A stretch of 64,000 nucleotides of DNA from Auanema rhodensis. Taxonomy: Eukaryota; Animalia; Nematoda. Location: the NCBI GenBank assembly GCA_964057225.1, contig OZ059899.1:20646001-20710000 (forward strand), in the 5' to 3' direction. Positions 28,001 to 41,200 of this stretch are shown in pieces. A program made the translations under genes and the position numbers. Position 1 is the stretch's first letter. Every line of letters begins with the position of its first letter. The notes beneath the pieces were generated by a model. The model saw only the letters and a list, made by a program, of their open reading frames with translations. It was not told the origin of the DNA and ran no database searches.

Positions 28001-30527
28001 TTATTTCTGCAGGGTGAAAATCGAGGATATAAGTGTGAACATATCAGTTGATATCTCGGTGCATTTTTAAGCTAGCGCAAATCTGATAACACAGATCGAC
28101 GCAGCTTAAAAATCCGCATCGAATGCACTATACAACATTGAGAAACGCTTGATACAAAAATTAGTTATGATCGTTTGAAAAATGATGCATTAGTGTATGT
28201 TGAGTTTCCATGTACACTCAACATTGCTTCCAAAAACATTTTGACAAACATTTTTCCGAAAAATTTCAAAATAATTTCGCAAAAAGTAGATGTTTTTAGA
28301 TTCCTTTTTTCAAGGCAGAGACGATGGACAATGTTATTCAACGAAAAAATTAATTCTGCAGGGTGAAAATCGAGGATATAAGTGTGAACTTATATCAGTT
28401 GATATCTCGGTGCATTTTTAAGCTAGCGCAAATCTGATAACACAGATCGACGCAGCTTAAAAATCCGCATCGAAAGCACTATACAACATTGAGAAACGCT
28501 TAATACAAAAGTTAGTTATGATCGTTTGAAAAATGATGCATTAGTGTATGTTGAGTTTCCATGTACACTCAACATTGCTTCCAAAAACATTTTGACAAAC
28601 ATTTTTCCGAAAAATTTCAAAATAATTTCGCGAAAAGTAGATGTTTTTAGATTCCTTTTTTCAAGGCAATGACGATGGACAATGTTATTCAACGAAAAAA
28701 TTAATTCTGCAGGGTGAAAATCGAGGATATAAGTGTGAACTTATATCAGTTGATATCTCGGTGCATTTTTAAGCTAGCGCAAATCTGATAACACAGATCG
28801 ACGCAGCTTAAAAATCCGCATCGAATGCACTATACTACATTGAGAAACGCTTAATACAAAAGTTAGTTATGATCGTTTGAAAAATGATGCATTAGTGTAT
28901 GTTGAGTTTCCATGTACACTCAACATTGCTTCCAAAAACATTTTGACAAAAATTTTTCCGAAAAATTTCAAAATAATTTCGCGAAAAGTAGATGTTTTTA
29001 GATTCCTTTTTTCAAGGCAATGACGATGGACAATGTTATTCAACGAAAAAATTAATTCTGCAGGGTGAAAATCGAGGATATAAGTGTGAACTTATATCAG
29101 TTGATATCTCGGTGCATTTTTAAGCTAGCGCAAATCTGATAACACAGATCGACGCAGCTTAAAATCCGCATCGAATGCACTATACTACATTGAAAAACGC
29201 TTAATACAAAAGTTAGTTATGATCGTTTGAAAAATGATGCATTAGTGTATGTTGAGTTTCCATGTACACTCAACATTGCTTCCAAAAACATTTTGACAAA
29301 AATTTTTCCGAAAAATTTCAAAATAATTTCGCAAAAAGTAAATGTTTTTAGATTCCTTTCTCCAAGGCAAAGACGATGGACAATGTTATTCAACGAAAAA
29401 ATTATTTCTGCAGGGTGAAAATCGAGGATATAAGTGTGAACATATCAGTTGATATCTCGGTGCATTTTTAAGCTAGCGCAAATCTGATAACACAGATCGA
29501 CGCAGCTTAAAAATCCGCATCGAATGCACTATACAACATTGAGAAACGCTTGATACAAAAATTAGTTATGATCGTTTGAAAAATGATGCATTAGTGTATG
29601 TTGAGTTTCCATGTACACTCAACATTGCTTCCAAAAACATTTTGACAAACATTTTTCCGAAAAATTTCAAAATAATTTCGCAAAAAGTAGATGTTTTTAG
29701 ATTCCTTTTTTCAAGGCAGAGACGATGGACAATGTTATTCAACGAAAAAATTAATTCTGCAGGGTGAAAATCGAGGATATAAGTGTGAACTTATATCAGT
29801 TGATATCTCGGTGCATTTTTAAGCTAGCGCAAATCTGATAACACAGATCGACGCAGCTTAAAAATCCGCATCGAAAGCACTATACAACATTGAGAAACGC
29901 TTAATACAAAAGTTAGTTATGATCGTTTGAAAAATGATGCATTAGTGTATGTTGAGTTTCCATGTACACTCAACATTGCTTCCAAAAACATTTTGACAAA
30001 CATTTTTCCGAAAAATTTCAAAATAATTTCGCGAAAAGTAGATGTTTTTAGATTCCTTTTTTCAAGGCAATGACGATGGACAATGTTATTCAACGAAAAA
30101 ATTAATTCTGCAGGGTGAAAATCGAGGATATAAGTGTGAACTTATATCAGTTGATATCTCGGTGCATTTTTAAGCTAGCGCAAATCTGATAACACAGATC
30201 GACGCAGCTTAAAAATCCGCATCGAATGCACTATACTACATTGAGAAACGCTTAATACAAAAATTAGTTATGATCGTTTGAAAAATGATGCATTAGTGTA
30301 TGTTGAGTTTCCATGTACACTCAACATTGCTTCCAAAAACATTTTTACAAAAATTTTTCCGAAAAATTTCAAAATAATTTCGCAAAAAGTAGATGTTTTT
30401 AGATTCCTTTTTTCAAGGCAATGACGATGGACAATGTTATTCAACGAAAAAATTAATTCTGCAGGGTGAAAATCGAGGATATAAGTGTGAACTTATATCA
30501 GTTGATATCTCGGTGCATTTTTAAGCT
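28001..30527. repeat. Tandem duplication of a 4-monomer (1401-bp) unit marked by a 2-bp deletion
   Basis: GTGAACATATCAG (TT deleted) occurs at ~28041 and ~29442. Each is followed in order by ACAAACATT, CGAAAGCAC and GGCAATGACG variants. ORF starts 28175 and 29576 are 1401 bp apart. Confidence 0.88.
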
Positions 30528-32282
30528 AGCGCAAATCTGATAACACAGATCGACGCAGCTTAAAAATCCACATCGAATGCACTATACTACATTGAGAAAC
30601 GCTTGATACAAAAATTAGTTATGATCGTTTGAAAAATGATGCATTAGTGTATGTTGAGTTTCCATGTACACTCAACATAGCTTCCAAAAACATTTTGACA
30701 AAAATTTTTCCGAAAAATTTCAAAATAATTTCGCGAAAAGTAGATGTTTTTAGATTCCTTTTTTCAAGGCAAAGACGATGGACAATGTTATTCAACGAAA
30801 AAATTATTTCTGCAGGGTGAAAATCGAGGATATAAGTGTGAACTTATATCAGTTGATATCTCGGTGCATTTTTAAGCTGGCGCAAATCTGATAACACAGA
30901 TTGACGCAGCTTAAAAATCCGCATCGAATGCACTATACATCATTGAGAAACGCTTGATACAAAAATTAGTTATGATCGTTTGAAAAATGATGCATTAGTG
31001 TATGTTGAGTTTCCATGTACACTCAACATAGCTTCCAAAAACATTTTGACAAAAATTTTTCCGAAAAATTTCAAAATAAATTCGCAAAAAGTAGATGTTT
31101 TTAGATTCCTTTTTTCAAGGCAAAGACGATGGACAATGTTATTCAACGAAAAAATTAATTCTGCAGGGTGAAAATCGAGGATATAAGTGTGAACTTATAT
31201 CAGTTGATATCTCGGTGCATTTTTAAGCTAGCGCAAATCTGATAACACAGATCGACGCAGCTTAAAAATCCGCATCGAATGCACTATACTGCATTGAGAA
31301 ACGCTTAATACAAAAGTTAGTTATGATCGTTTGAAAAATGATGCATTAGTGTATGTTGAGTTTCCATGTACACTCAACATTGCTTCCAAAAACATTTTGA
31401 CAAAAATTTTTCCGAAAAATTTAAAAATAATTTCGCAAAAAGTAGGTGTTTTTAGATTCCTTTTTTTAAGGCAAAGACGATGGACAATGTTATTCATCGA
31501 AAAAATTAATTCTGCAGGGTGAAAATCGAGGATATAAGTGTGAACTTATATCAGTTGATATCTCGGTGCATTTTTAAGCTAGCGCAAATCTGATAACACA
31601 GATGGACGCAGCTTAAAAATCCGCATCGAATGCATTATACTACATTGAGAAACGCTTAATACAAAAATTAGTTATGATCGTTTGAAAAATGATGCATTAG
31701 TGTATGTTGAGTTTCCATGTACACTCAACATTGCTTCCAAAAACATTTTGACAAAAATGTTTCCGAAAAATTTCAAAATAATTTCGCGAAAAGTAGATGT
31801 TTTTAGATTCCTTTTTTCAAGGCAAAGACGATGGACAATGTTATTCAACGAAAAAATTATTTCTGCAGGGTGAAAATCGAGGATATAAGTGTGAACTTAT
31901 ATCAGTTGATATCTCGGTGCATTTTTAAGCTAGCGCAAATCTGATAACACAGATCGACGCAGCTTAAAAATCCGCATCGAATGCACTATACATCATTGAG
32001 AAACGTTTAATACAAAAATTAGTTATGATCGTTTGAAAAATGATGCATTAGTGTATATTGAGTTTCCATGTACACTCAACATAGCTTCCAAAAACATTTT
32101 GACAAAAATTTTTCCGAAAAATTTCGAAATAAATTCGCAAAAAGTAGATGTTTTTAGATTCCTTTTTTCAAGGCAAAGACGATGGACAATGTTATTCAAC
32201 GAAAAAATTAATTCTGCAGGGTGAAAATCGAGGATATAAGTGTGAACTTATATCAGTTGATATCTCGGTGCATTTTTAAGCT

Positions 32283-35200
32283 AGCGCAAATCTGATAACA
32301 CAGATCGACGCAGCTTAAAAATCCGCATCGAATGCACTATACTACATTGAGAAACGCTTGATACAAAAATTAGGTATGATCGTTTGAAAAATGATGCATT
32401 AGTGTATGTTGAGTTTCCATGTACACTCAACATTGCTTCCAAAAACATTTTGACAAAAATTTTTCCAAAAAATTTCGAAAAAATTTCGCGAAAAGTAGAT
32501 GTTTTTAGATTCCGTTTTTCCAGGCAAAGACGATGGACAATGTTATTCAACGAAAAAATTATTTCTGCAGGGTGAAAATCGAGGATATAAGTGTGAACTT
32601 ATATCAGTTGATATCTCGGTGCATTTTTAAGCTAGCGCAAATCTGATAACACAGATCGACGCAGCTTAAAAATCCGCATCGAATGCACTATACTACATTG
32701 AGTAACGCTTAATACAAAACTTAGTTATGATCGTTTGAAAAAAGATGCATTAGTGTATGTTGAGTTTCCATGTACACTCAACATTGCTTCCAAAAACATT
32801 TTTACAAAAATTTTTCCGAAAAATTTCGAAATAATTTCGCAAAAAGTAGATGTTTTTAGATTCCTTTTTTCAAGGCAAAGACGATGGACATTGTTATAAA
32901 ACGAAAAAATTGATTCTGCAGGGTGAAAATCGAGGATATAAGTGTGAACTTATATCAGTTGATATCTCGGTGCATTTTTAAGCTAGCGCAAATCTGATAA
33001 CACAGATCGACGCAGCTTAAAAATCCGCATCAAATGCACTATACAACATTGAGAAACGCTTAATACAAAAATTAGTTATGATCGTTTGAAAAATGATGCA
33101 TTAGTGTATGTTGAGTTTCCATGTACACTCAACATTGCTTCCAAAAACATTTTTACAAAAATTTTTCCGAAAAATTTCGAAATAATTTCGCAAAAAGTAG
33201 ATGTTTTTAGATTCCTTTTTTCAAGGCAAAGACGATGGACATTGTTATTTAACGAAAAAATTGATTCTGCAGGGTGAAAATCGAGGATATAAGTGTGAAC
33301 TTATATCAGTTGATATCTCGGTGCATTTTTAAGCTAGCGCAAATCTGATAACACAGATCGACGCAGCTTAAAAATCCGCATCGAATGCACTATACTACAT
33401 TGAGAAACGCTTAATACAAAACTTAGTTATGATCGTTTGAAAAAAGATGCATTAGTGTATGTTGAGTTTCCATGTACACTCAACATTGCTTCCAAAAACA
33501 TTTTTACAAAAATTTTTCCGAAAAATTTCGAAATAATTTCGCAAAAAGTAGATGTTTTTAGATTCCTTTTTTCAAGGCAAAGACGATGGACATTGTTATT
33601 CAACGAAAAAATTGATTCTGCAGGGTGAAAATCGAGGATATAAGTGTGAACTTATATCAGTTGATATCTCGGTGCATTTTTAAGCTAGCGCAAATCTGAT
33701 AACACAGATCGACGCAGCTTAAAAATTCGCATCGAATGCACTATACAACATTGAGAAACGCTTAGTACAAAAATTAGTTATGATCGTTTGAAAAATGATG
33801 CATTAGTGTATGTTGAGTTTCCATGTACACTCAACATTGCTTCCAAAAACATTTTTACAAAAATTTTTCCGAAAAATTTCGAAATAATTTCGCAAAAAGT
33901 AGATGTTTTTAGATTCCTTTTTTCAAGGCAAAGACGATGGACATTGTTATTCAACGAAAAAATTGATTCTGCAGGGTGAAAATCGATGATATAAGTGTGA
34001 ACTTATATCAGTTGATATCTCGGTGCATTTTTAAGCTAGCGCAAATCTGATAACACAGATCGACGCAGCTTAAAAATCCGCATCGAATGCACTATACTAC
34101 ATTGAGAAACGCTTAATACAAAACTTAGTTATGATCGTTTGAAAAAAGATGCATTAGTGTATGTTGAGTTTCCATGTACACTCAACATTGCTTCCAAAAA
34201 CATTTTTACAAAAATTTTTCCGAAAAATTTCGAAATAATTTCGCAAAAAGTAGATGTTTTTAGATTCCTTTTTTCAAGGCAAAGACGATGGACATTGTTA
34301 TTCAACGAAAAAATTAATTCTGCAGGGTGAAAATCGAGGATATAAGTGTGAACTTATATCAGTTGATATCTCGGTGCATTTTTAAGCTAGCGCAAATCTG
34401 ATAACACAGATCGACGCAGCTTAAAAATCCGCATCGAATGCACTATACTACATTGAGAAACGCTTGATACAAAAATTAGGTATGATCGTTTGAAAAATGA
34501 TGCATTAGTGTATGTTGAGTTTCCATGTACACTCAACATTGCTTCCAAAAACATTTTGACAAAAATTTTTCCAAAAAATTTCGAAAAAATTTCGCGAAAA
34601 GTAGATGTTTTTAGATTCCGTTTTTCCAGGCAAAGACGATGGACAATGTTATTCAACGAAAAAATTATTTCTGCAGGGTGAAAATCGAGGATATAAGTGT
34701 GAACTTATATCAGTTGATATCTCGGTGCATTTTTAAGCTAGCGCAAATCTGATAACACAGATCGACGCAGCTTAAAAATCCGCATCGAATGCACTATACT
34801 ACATTGAGTAACGCTTAATACAAAACTTAGTTATGATCGTTTGAAAAAAGATGCATTAGTGTATGTTGAGTTTCCATGTACACTCAACATTGCTTCCAAA
34901 AACATTTTTACAAAAATTTTTCCGAAAAATTTCGAAATAATTTCGCAAAAAGTAGATGTTTTTAGATTCCTTTTTTCAAGGCAAAGACGATGGACATTGT
35001 TATAAAACGAAAAAATTGATTCTGCAGGGTGAAAATCGAGGATATAAGTGTGAACTTATATCAGTTGATATCTCGGTGCATTTTTAAGCTAGCGCAAATC
35101 TGATAACACAGATCGACGCAGCTTAAAAATCCGCATCGAATGCACTATACTACATTGAGAAACGCTTAATACAAAACTTAGTTATGATCGTTTGAAAAAA

Positions 35201-38200
35201 GATGCATTAGTGTATGTTGAGTTTCCATGTACACTCAACATTGCTTCCAAAAACATTTTTACAAAAATTTTTCCGAAAAATTTCGAAATAATTTCGCAAA
35301 AAGTAGATGTTTTTAGATTCCTTTTTTCAAGGCAAAGACGATGGACATTGTTATTCAACGAAAAAATTAATTCTGCAGGGTGAAAATCGAGGATATAAGT
35401 GTGAACTTATATCAGTTGATATCTCGGTGCATTTTTAAGCTAGCGCAAATCTGATAACACAGATCGACGCAGCTTAAAAATCCGCATCGAATGCACTATA
35501 CTACATTGAGAAACGCTTGATACAAAAATTAGGTATGATCGTTTGAAAAATGATGCATTAGTGTATGTTGAGTTTCCATGTACACTCAACATTGCTTCCA
35601 AAAACATTTTGACAAAAATTTTTCCAAAAAATTTCGAAAAAATTTCGCGAAAAGTAGATGTTTTTAGATTCCGTTTTTCCAGGCAAAGACGATGGACATT
35701 GTTATTCAACGAAAAAATTAATTCTGCAGGGTGAAAATCGAGGATATAAGTGTGAACTTATATCAGTTGATATCTCGGTGCATTTTTAAGTTAGCGCAAA
35801 TCTGATAACACAGATCGACGCAGCTTAAAAATCCGCATCGAATGCACTATACTACATTGAGTAACGCTTAATACAAAACTTAGTTATGATCGTTTGAAAA
35901 AAGATGCATTAGTGTATGTTGAGTTTCCATGTACACTCAACATTGCTTCCAAAAACATTTTTACAAAAATTTTTCCGAAAAATTTCGAAATAATTTCGCA
36001 AAAAGTAGATGTTTTTAGATTCCTTTTTTCAAGGCAAAGACGATGGACATTGTTATAAAACGAAAAAATTGATTCTGCAGGGTGAAAATCGAGGATATAA
36101 GTGTGAACTTATATCAGTTGATATCTCGGTGCATTTTTAAGCTAGCGCAAATCTGATAACACAGATCGACGCAGCTTAAAAATCCGCATCGAATGCACTA
36201 TACTACATTGAGAAACGCTTAATACAAAACTTAGTTATGATCGTTTGAAAAAAGATGCATTAGTGTATGTTGAGTTTCCATGTACACTCAACATTGCTTC
36301 CAAAAACATTTTTACAAAAATTTTTCCGAAAAATTTCGAAATAATTTCGCAAAAAGTAGATGTTTTTAGATTCCTTTTTTCAAGGCAAAGACGATGGACA
36401 TTGTTATTCAACGAAAAAATTAATTCTGCAGGGTGAAAATCGAGGATATAAGTGTGAACTTATATCAGTTGATATCTCGGTGCATTTTTAAGCTAGCGCA
36501 AATCTGATAACACAGATCGACGCAGCTTAAAAATCCGCATCGAATGCACTATACTACATTGAGAAACGCTTGATACAAAAATTAGGTATGATCGTTTGAA
36601 AAATGATGCATTAGTGTATGTTGAGTTTCCATGTACACTCAACATTGCTTCCAAAAACATTTTGACAAAAATTTTTCCAAAAAATTTCGAAAAAATTTCG
36701 CGAAAAGTAGATGTTTTTAGATTCCGTTTTTCCAGGCAAAGACGATGGACAATGTTATTCAACGAAAAAATTATTTCTGCAGGGTGAAAATCGAGGATAT
36801 AAGTGTGAACTTATATCAGTTGATATCTCGGTGCATTTTTAAGCTAGCGCAAATCTGATAACACAGATCGACGCAGCTTAAAAATCCGCATCGAATGCAC
36901 TATACTACATTGAGTAACGCTTAATACAAAACTTAGTTATGATCGTTTGAAAAAAGATGCATTAGTGTATGTTGAGTTTCCATGTACACTCAACATTGCT
37001 TCCAAAAACATTTTTACAAAAATTTTTCCGAAAAATTTCGAAATAATTTCGCAAAAAGTAGATGTTTTTAGATTCCTTTTTTCAAGGCAAAGACGATGGA
37101 CATTGTTATAAAACGAAAAAATTGATTCTGCAGGGTGAAAATCGAGGATATAAGTGTGAACTTATATCAGTTGATATCTCGGTGCATTTTTAAGCTAGCG
37201 CAAATCTGATAACACAGATCGACGCAGCTTAAAAATCCGCATCAAATGCACTATACAACATTGAGAAACGCTTAATACAAAAATTAGTTATGATCGTTTG
37301 AAAAATGATGCATTAGTGTATGTTGAGTTTCCATGTACACTCAACATTGCTTCCAAAAACATTTTTACAAAAATTTTTCCGAAAAATTTCGAAATAATTT
37401 CGCAAAAAGTAGATGTTTTTAGATTCCTTTTTTCAAGGCAAAGACGATGGACATTGTTATTCAACGAAAAAATTGATTCTGCAGGGTGAAAATCGAGGAT
37501 ATAAGTGTGAACTTATATCAGTTGATATCTCGGTGCATTTTTAAGCTAGCGCAAATCTGATAACACAGATCGACGCAGCTTAAAAATCCGCATCGAATGC
37601 ACTATACTACATTGAGTAACGCTTAATACAAAACTTAGTTATGATCGTTTGAAAAAAGATGCATTAGTGTATGTTGAGTTTCCATGTACACTCAACATTG
37701 CTTCCAAAAACATTTTTACAAAAATTTTTCCGAAAAATTTCGAAATAATTTCGCAAAAAGTAGATGTTTTTAGATTCCTTTTTTCAAGGCAAAGACGATG
37801 GACATTGTTATAAAACGAAAAAATTGATTCTGCAGGGTGAAAATCGAGGATATAAGTGTGAACTTATATCAGTTGATATCTCGGTGCATTTTTAAGCTAG
37901 CGCAAATCTGATAACACAGATCGACGCAGCTTAAAAATCCGCATCGAATGCACTATACTACATTGAGAAACGCTTAATACAAAACTTAGTTATGATCGTT
38001 TGAAAAAAGATGCATTAGTGTATGTTGAGTTTCCATGTACACTCAACATTGCTTCCAAAAACATTTTTACAAAAATTTTTCCGAAAAATTTCGAAATAAT
38101 TTCGCAAAAAGTAGATGTTTTTAGATTCCTTTTTTCAAGGCAAAGACGATGGACATTGTTATTCAACGAAAAAATTAATTCTGCAGGGTGAAAATCGAGG

Positions 38201-41200
38201 ATATAAGTGTGAACTTATATCAGTTGATATCTCGGTGCATTTTTAAGCTAGCGCAAATCTGATAACACAGATCGACGCAGCTTAAAAATCCGCATCGAAT
38301 GCACTATACTACATTGAGAAACGCTTGATACAAAAATTAGGTATGATCGTTTGAAAAATGATGCATTAGTGTATGTTGAGTTTCCATGTACACTCAACAT
38401 TGCTTCCAAAAACATTTTGACAAAAATTTTTCCAAAAAATTTCGAAAAAATTTCGCGAAAAGTAGATGTTTTTAGATTCCGTTTTTCCAGGCAAAGACGA
38501 TGGACATTGTTATTCAACGAAAAAATTAATTCTGCAGGGTGAAAATCGAGGATATAAGTGTGAACTTATATCAGTTGATATCTCGGTGCATTTTTAAGCT
38601 AGCGCAAATCTGATAACACAGATCGACGCAGCTTAAAAATCCGCATCGAATGCACTATACTACATTGAGTAACGCTTAATACAAAACTTAGTTATGATCG
38701 TTTGAAAAAAGATGCATTAGTGTATGTTGAGTTTCCATGTACACTCAACATTGCTTCCAAAAACATTTTTACAAAAATTTTTCCGAAAAATTTCGAAATA
38801 ATTTCGCAAAAAGTAGATGTTTTTAGATTCCTTTTTTCAAGGCAAAGACGATGGACATTGTTATAAAACGAAAAAATTGATTCTGCAGGGTGAAAATCGA
38901 GGATATAAGTGTGAACTTATATCAGTTGATATCTCGGTGCATTTTTAAGCTAGCGCAAATCTGATAACACAGATCGACGCAGCTTAAAAATCCGCATCGA
39001 ATGCACTATACTACATTGAGTAACGCTTAATACAAAACTTAGTTATGATCGTTTGAAAAAAGATGCATTAGTGTATGTTGAGTTTCCATGTACACTCAAC
39101 ATTGCTTCCAAAAACATTTTTACAAAAATTTTTCCGAAAAATTTCGAAATAATTTCGCAAAAAGTAGATGTTTTTAGATTCCTTTTTTCAAGGCAAAGAC
39201 GATGGACATTGTTATAAAACGAAAAAATTGATTCTGCAGGGTGAAAATCGAGGATATAAGTGTGAACTTATATCAGTTGATATCTCGGTGCATTTTTAAG
39301 CTAGCGCAAATCTGATAACACAGATCGACGCAGCTTAAAAATCCGCATCGAATGCACTATACTACATTGAGTAACGCTTAATACAAAACTTAGTCATGAT
39401 CGTTTGAAAAAAGATGCATTAGTGTATGTTGAGTTTCCATGTACACTCAACATTGCTTCCAAAAACATTTTTACAAAAATTTTTCCGAAAAATTTCGAAA
39501 TAATTTCGCAAAAAGTAGATGTTTTTAGATTCCTTTTTTCAAGGCAAAGACGATGGACATTGTTATAAAACGAAAAAATTGATTCTGCAGGGTGAAAATC
39601 GAGGATATAAGTGTGAACTTATATCAGTTGATATCTCGGTGCATTTTTAAGCTAGCGCAAATCTGATAACACAGATCGACGCAGCTTAAAAATCCGCATC
39701 GAATGCACTATACTACATTGAGAAACGCTTAATACAAAACTTAGTTATGATCGTTTGAAAAAAGATGCATTAGTGTATGTTGAGTTTCCATGTACACTCA
39801 ACATTGCTTCCAAAAACATTTTTACAAAAATTTTTCCGAAAAATTTCGAAATAATTTCGCAAAAAGTAGATGTTTTTAGATTCCTTTTTTCAAGGCAAAG
39901 ACGATGGACATTGTTATTCAACGAAAAAATTAATTCTGCAGGGTGAAAATCGAGGATATAAGTGTGAACTTATATCAGTTGATATCTCGGTGCATTTTTA
40001 AGCTAGCGCAAATCTGATAACACAGATCGACGCAGCTTAAAAATCCGCATCGAATGCACTATACTACATTGAGAAACGCTTGATACAAAAATTAGGTATG
40101 ATCGTTTGAAAAATGATGCATTAGTGTATGTTGAGTTTCCATGTACACTCAACATTGCTTCCAAAAACATTTTGACAAAAATTTTTCCAAAAAATTTCGA
40201 AACAATTTCGCGAAAAGTAGATGTTTTTAGATTCCGTTTTTCCAGGCAAAGACGATGGACAATGTTATTCAACGAAAAAATTATTTCTGCAGGGTGAAAA
40301 TCGAGGATATAAGTGTGAACTTATATCAGTTGATATCTCGGTGCATTTTTAAGCTAGCGCAAATCTGATAACACAGATCGACGCAGCTTAAAAATCCGCA
40401 TCGAATGCACTATACTACATTGAGTAACGCTTAATACAAAACTTAGTTATGATCGTTTGAAAAAAGATGCATTAGTGTATGTTGAGTTTCCATGTACACT
40501 CAACATTGCTTCCAAAAACATTTTTACAAAAATTTTTCCGAAAAATTTCGAAATAATTTCGCAAAAAGTAGATGTTTTTAGATTCCTTTTTTCAAGGCAA
40601 AGACGATGGACATTGTTATAAAACGAAAAAATTGATTCTGCAGGGTGAAAATCGAGGATATAAGTGTGAACTTATATCAGTTGATATCTCGGTGCATTTT
40701 TAAGCTAGCGCAAATCTGATAACACAGATCGACGCAGCTTAAAAATCCGCATCAAATGCACTATACAACATTGAGAAACGCTTAATACAAAAATTAGTTA
40801 TGATCGTTTGAAAAATGATGCATTAGTGTATGTTGAGTTTCCATGTACACTCAACATTGCTTCCAAAAACATTTTTACAAAAATTTTTCCGAAAAATTTC
40901 GAAATAATTTCGCAAAAAGTAGATGTTTTTAGATTCCTTTTTTCAAGGCAAAGACGATGGACATTGTTATTCAACGAAAAAATTGATTCTGCAGGGTGAA
41001 AATCGAGGATATAAGTGTGAACTTATATCAGTTGATATCTCGGTGCATTTTTAAGCTAGCGCAAATCTGATAACACAGATCGACGCAGCTTAAAAATTCG
41101 CATCGAATGCACTATACTACATTGAGAAACGCTTAATACAAAACTTAGTTATGATCGTTTGAAAAAAGATGCATTAGTGTATGTTGAGTTTCCATGTACA

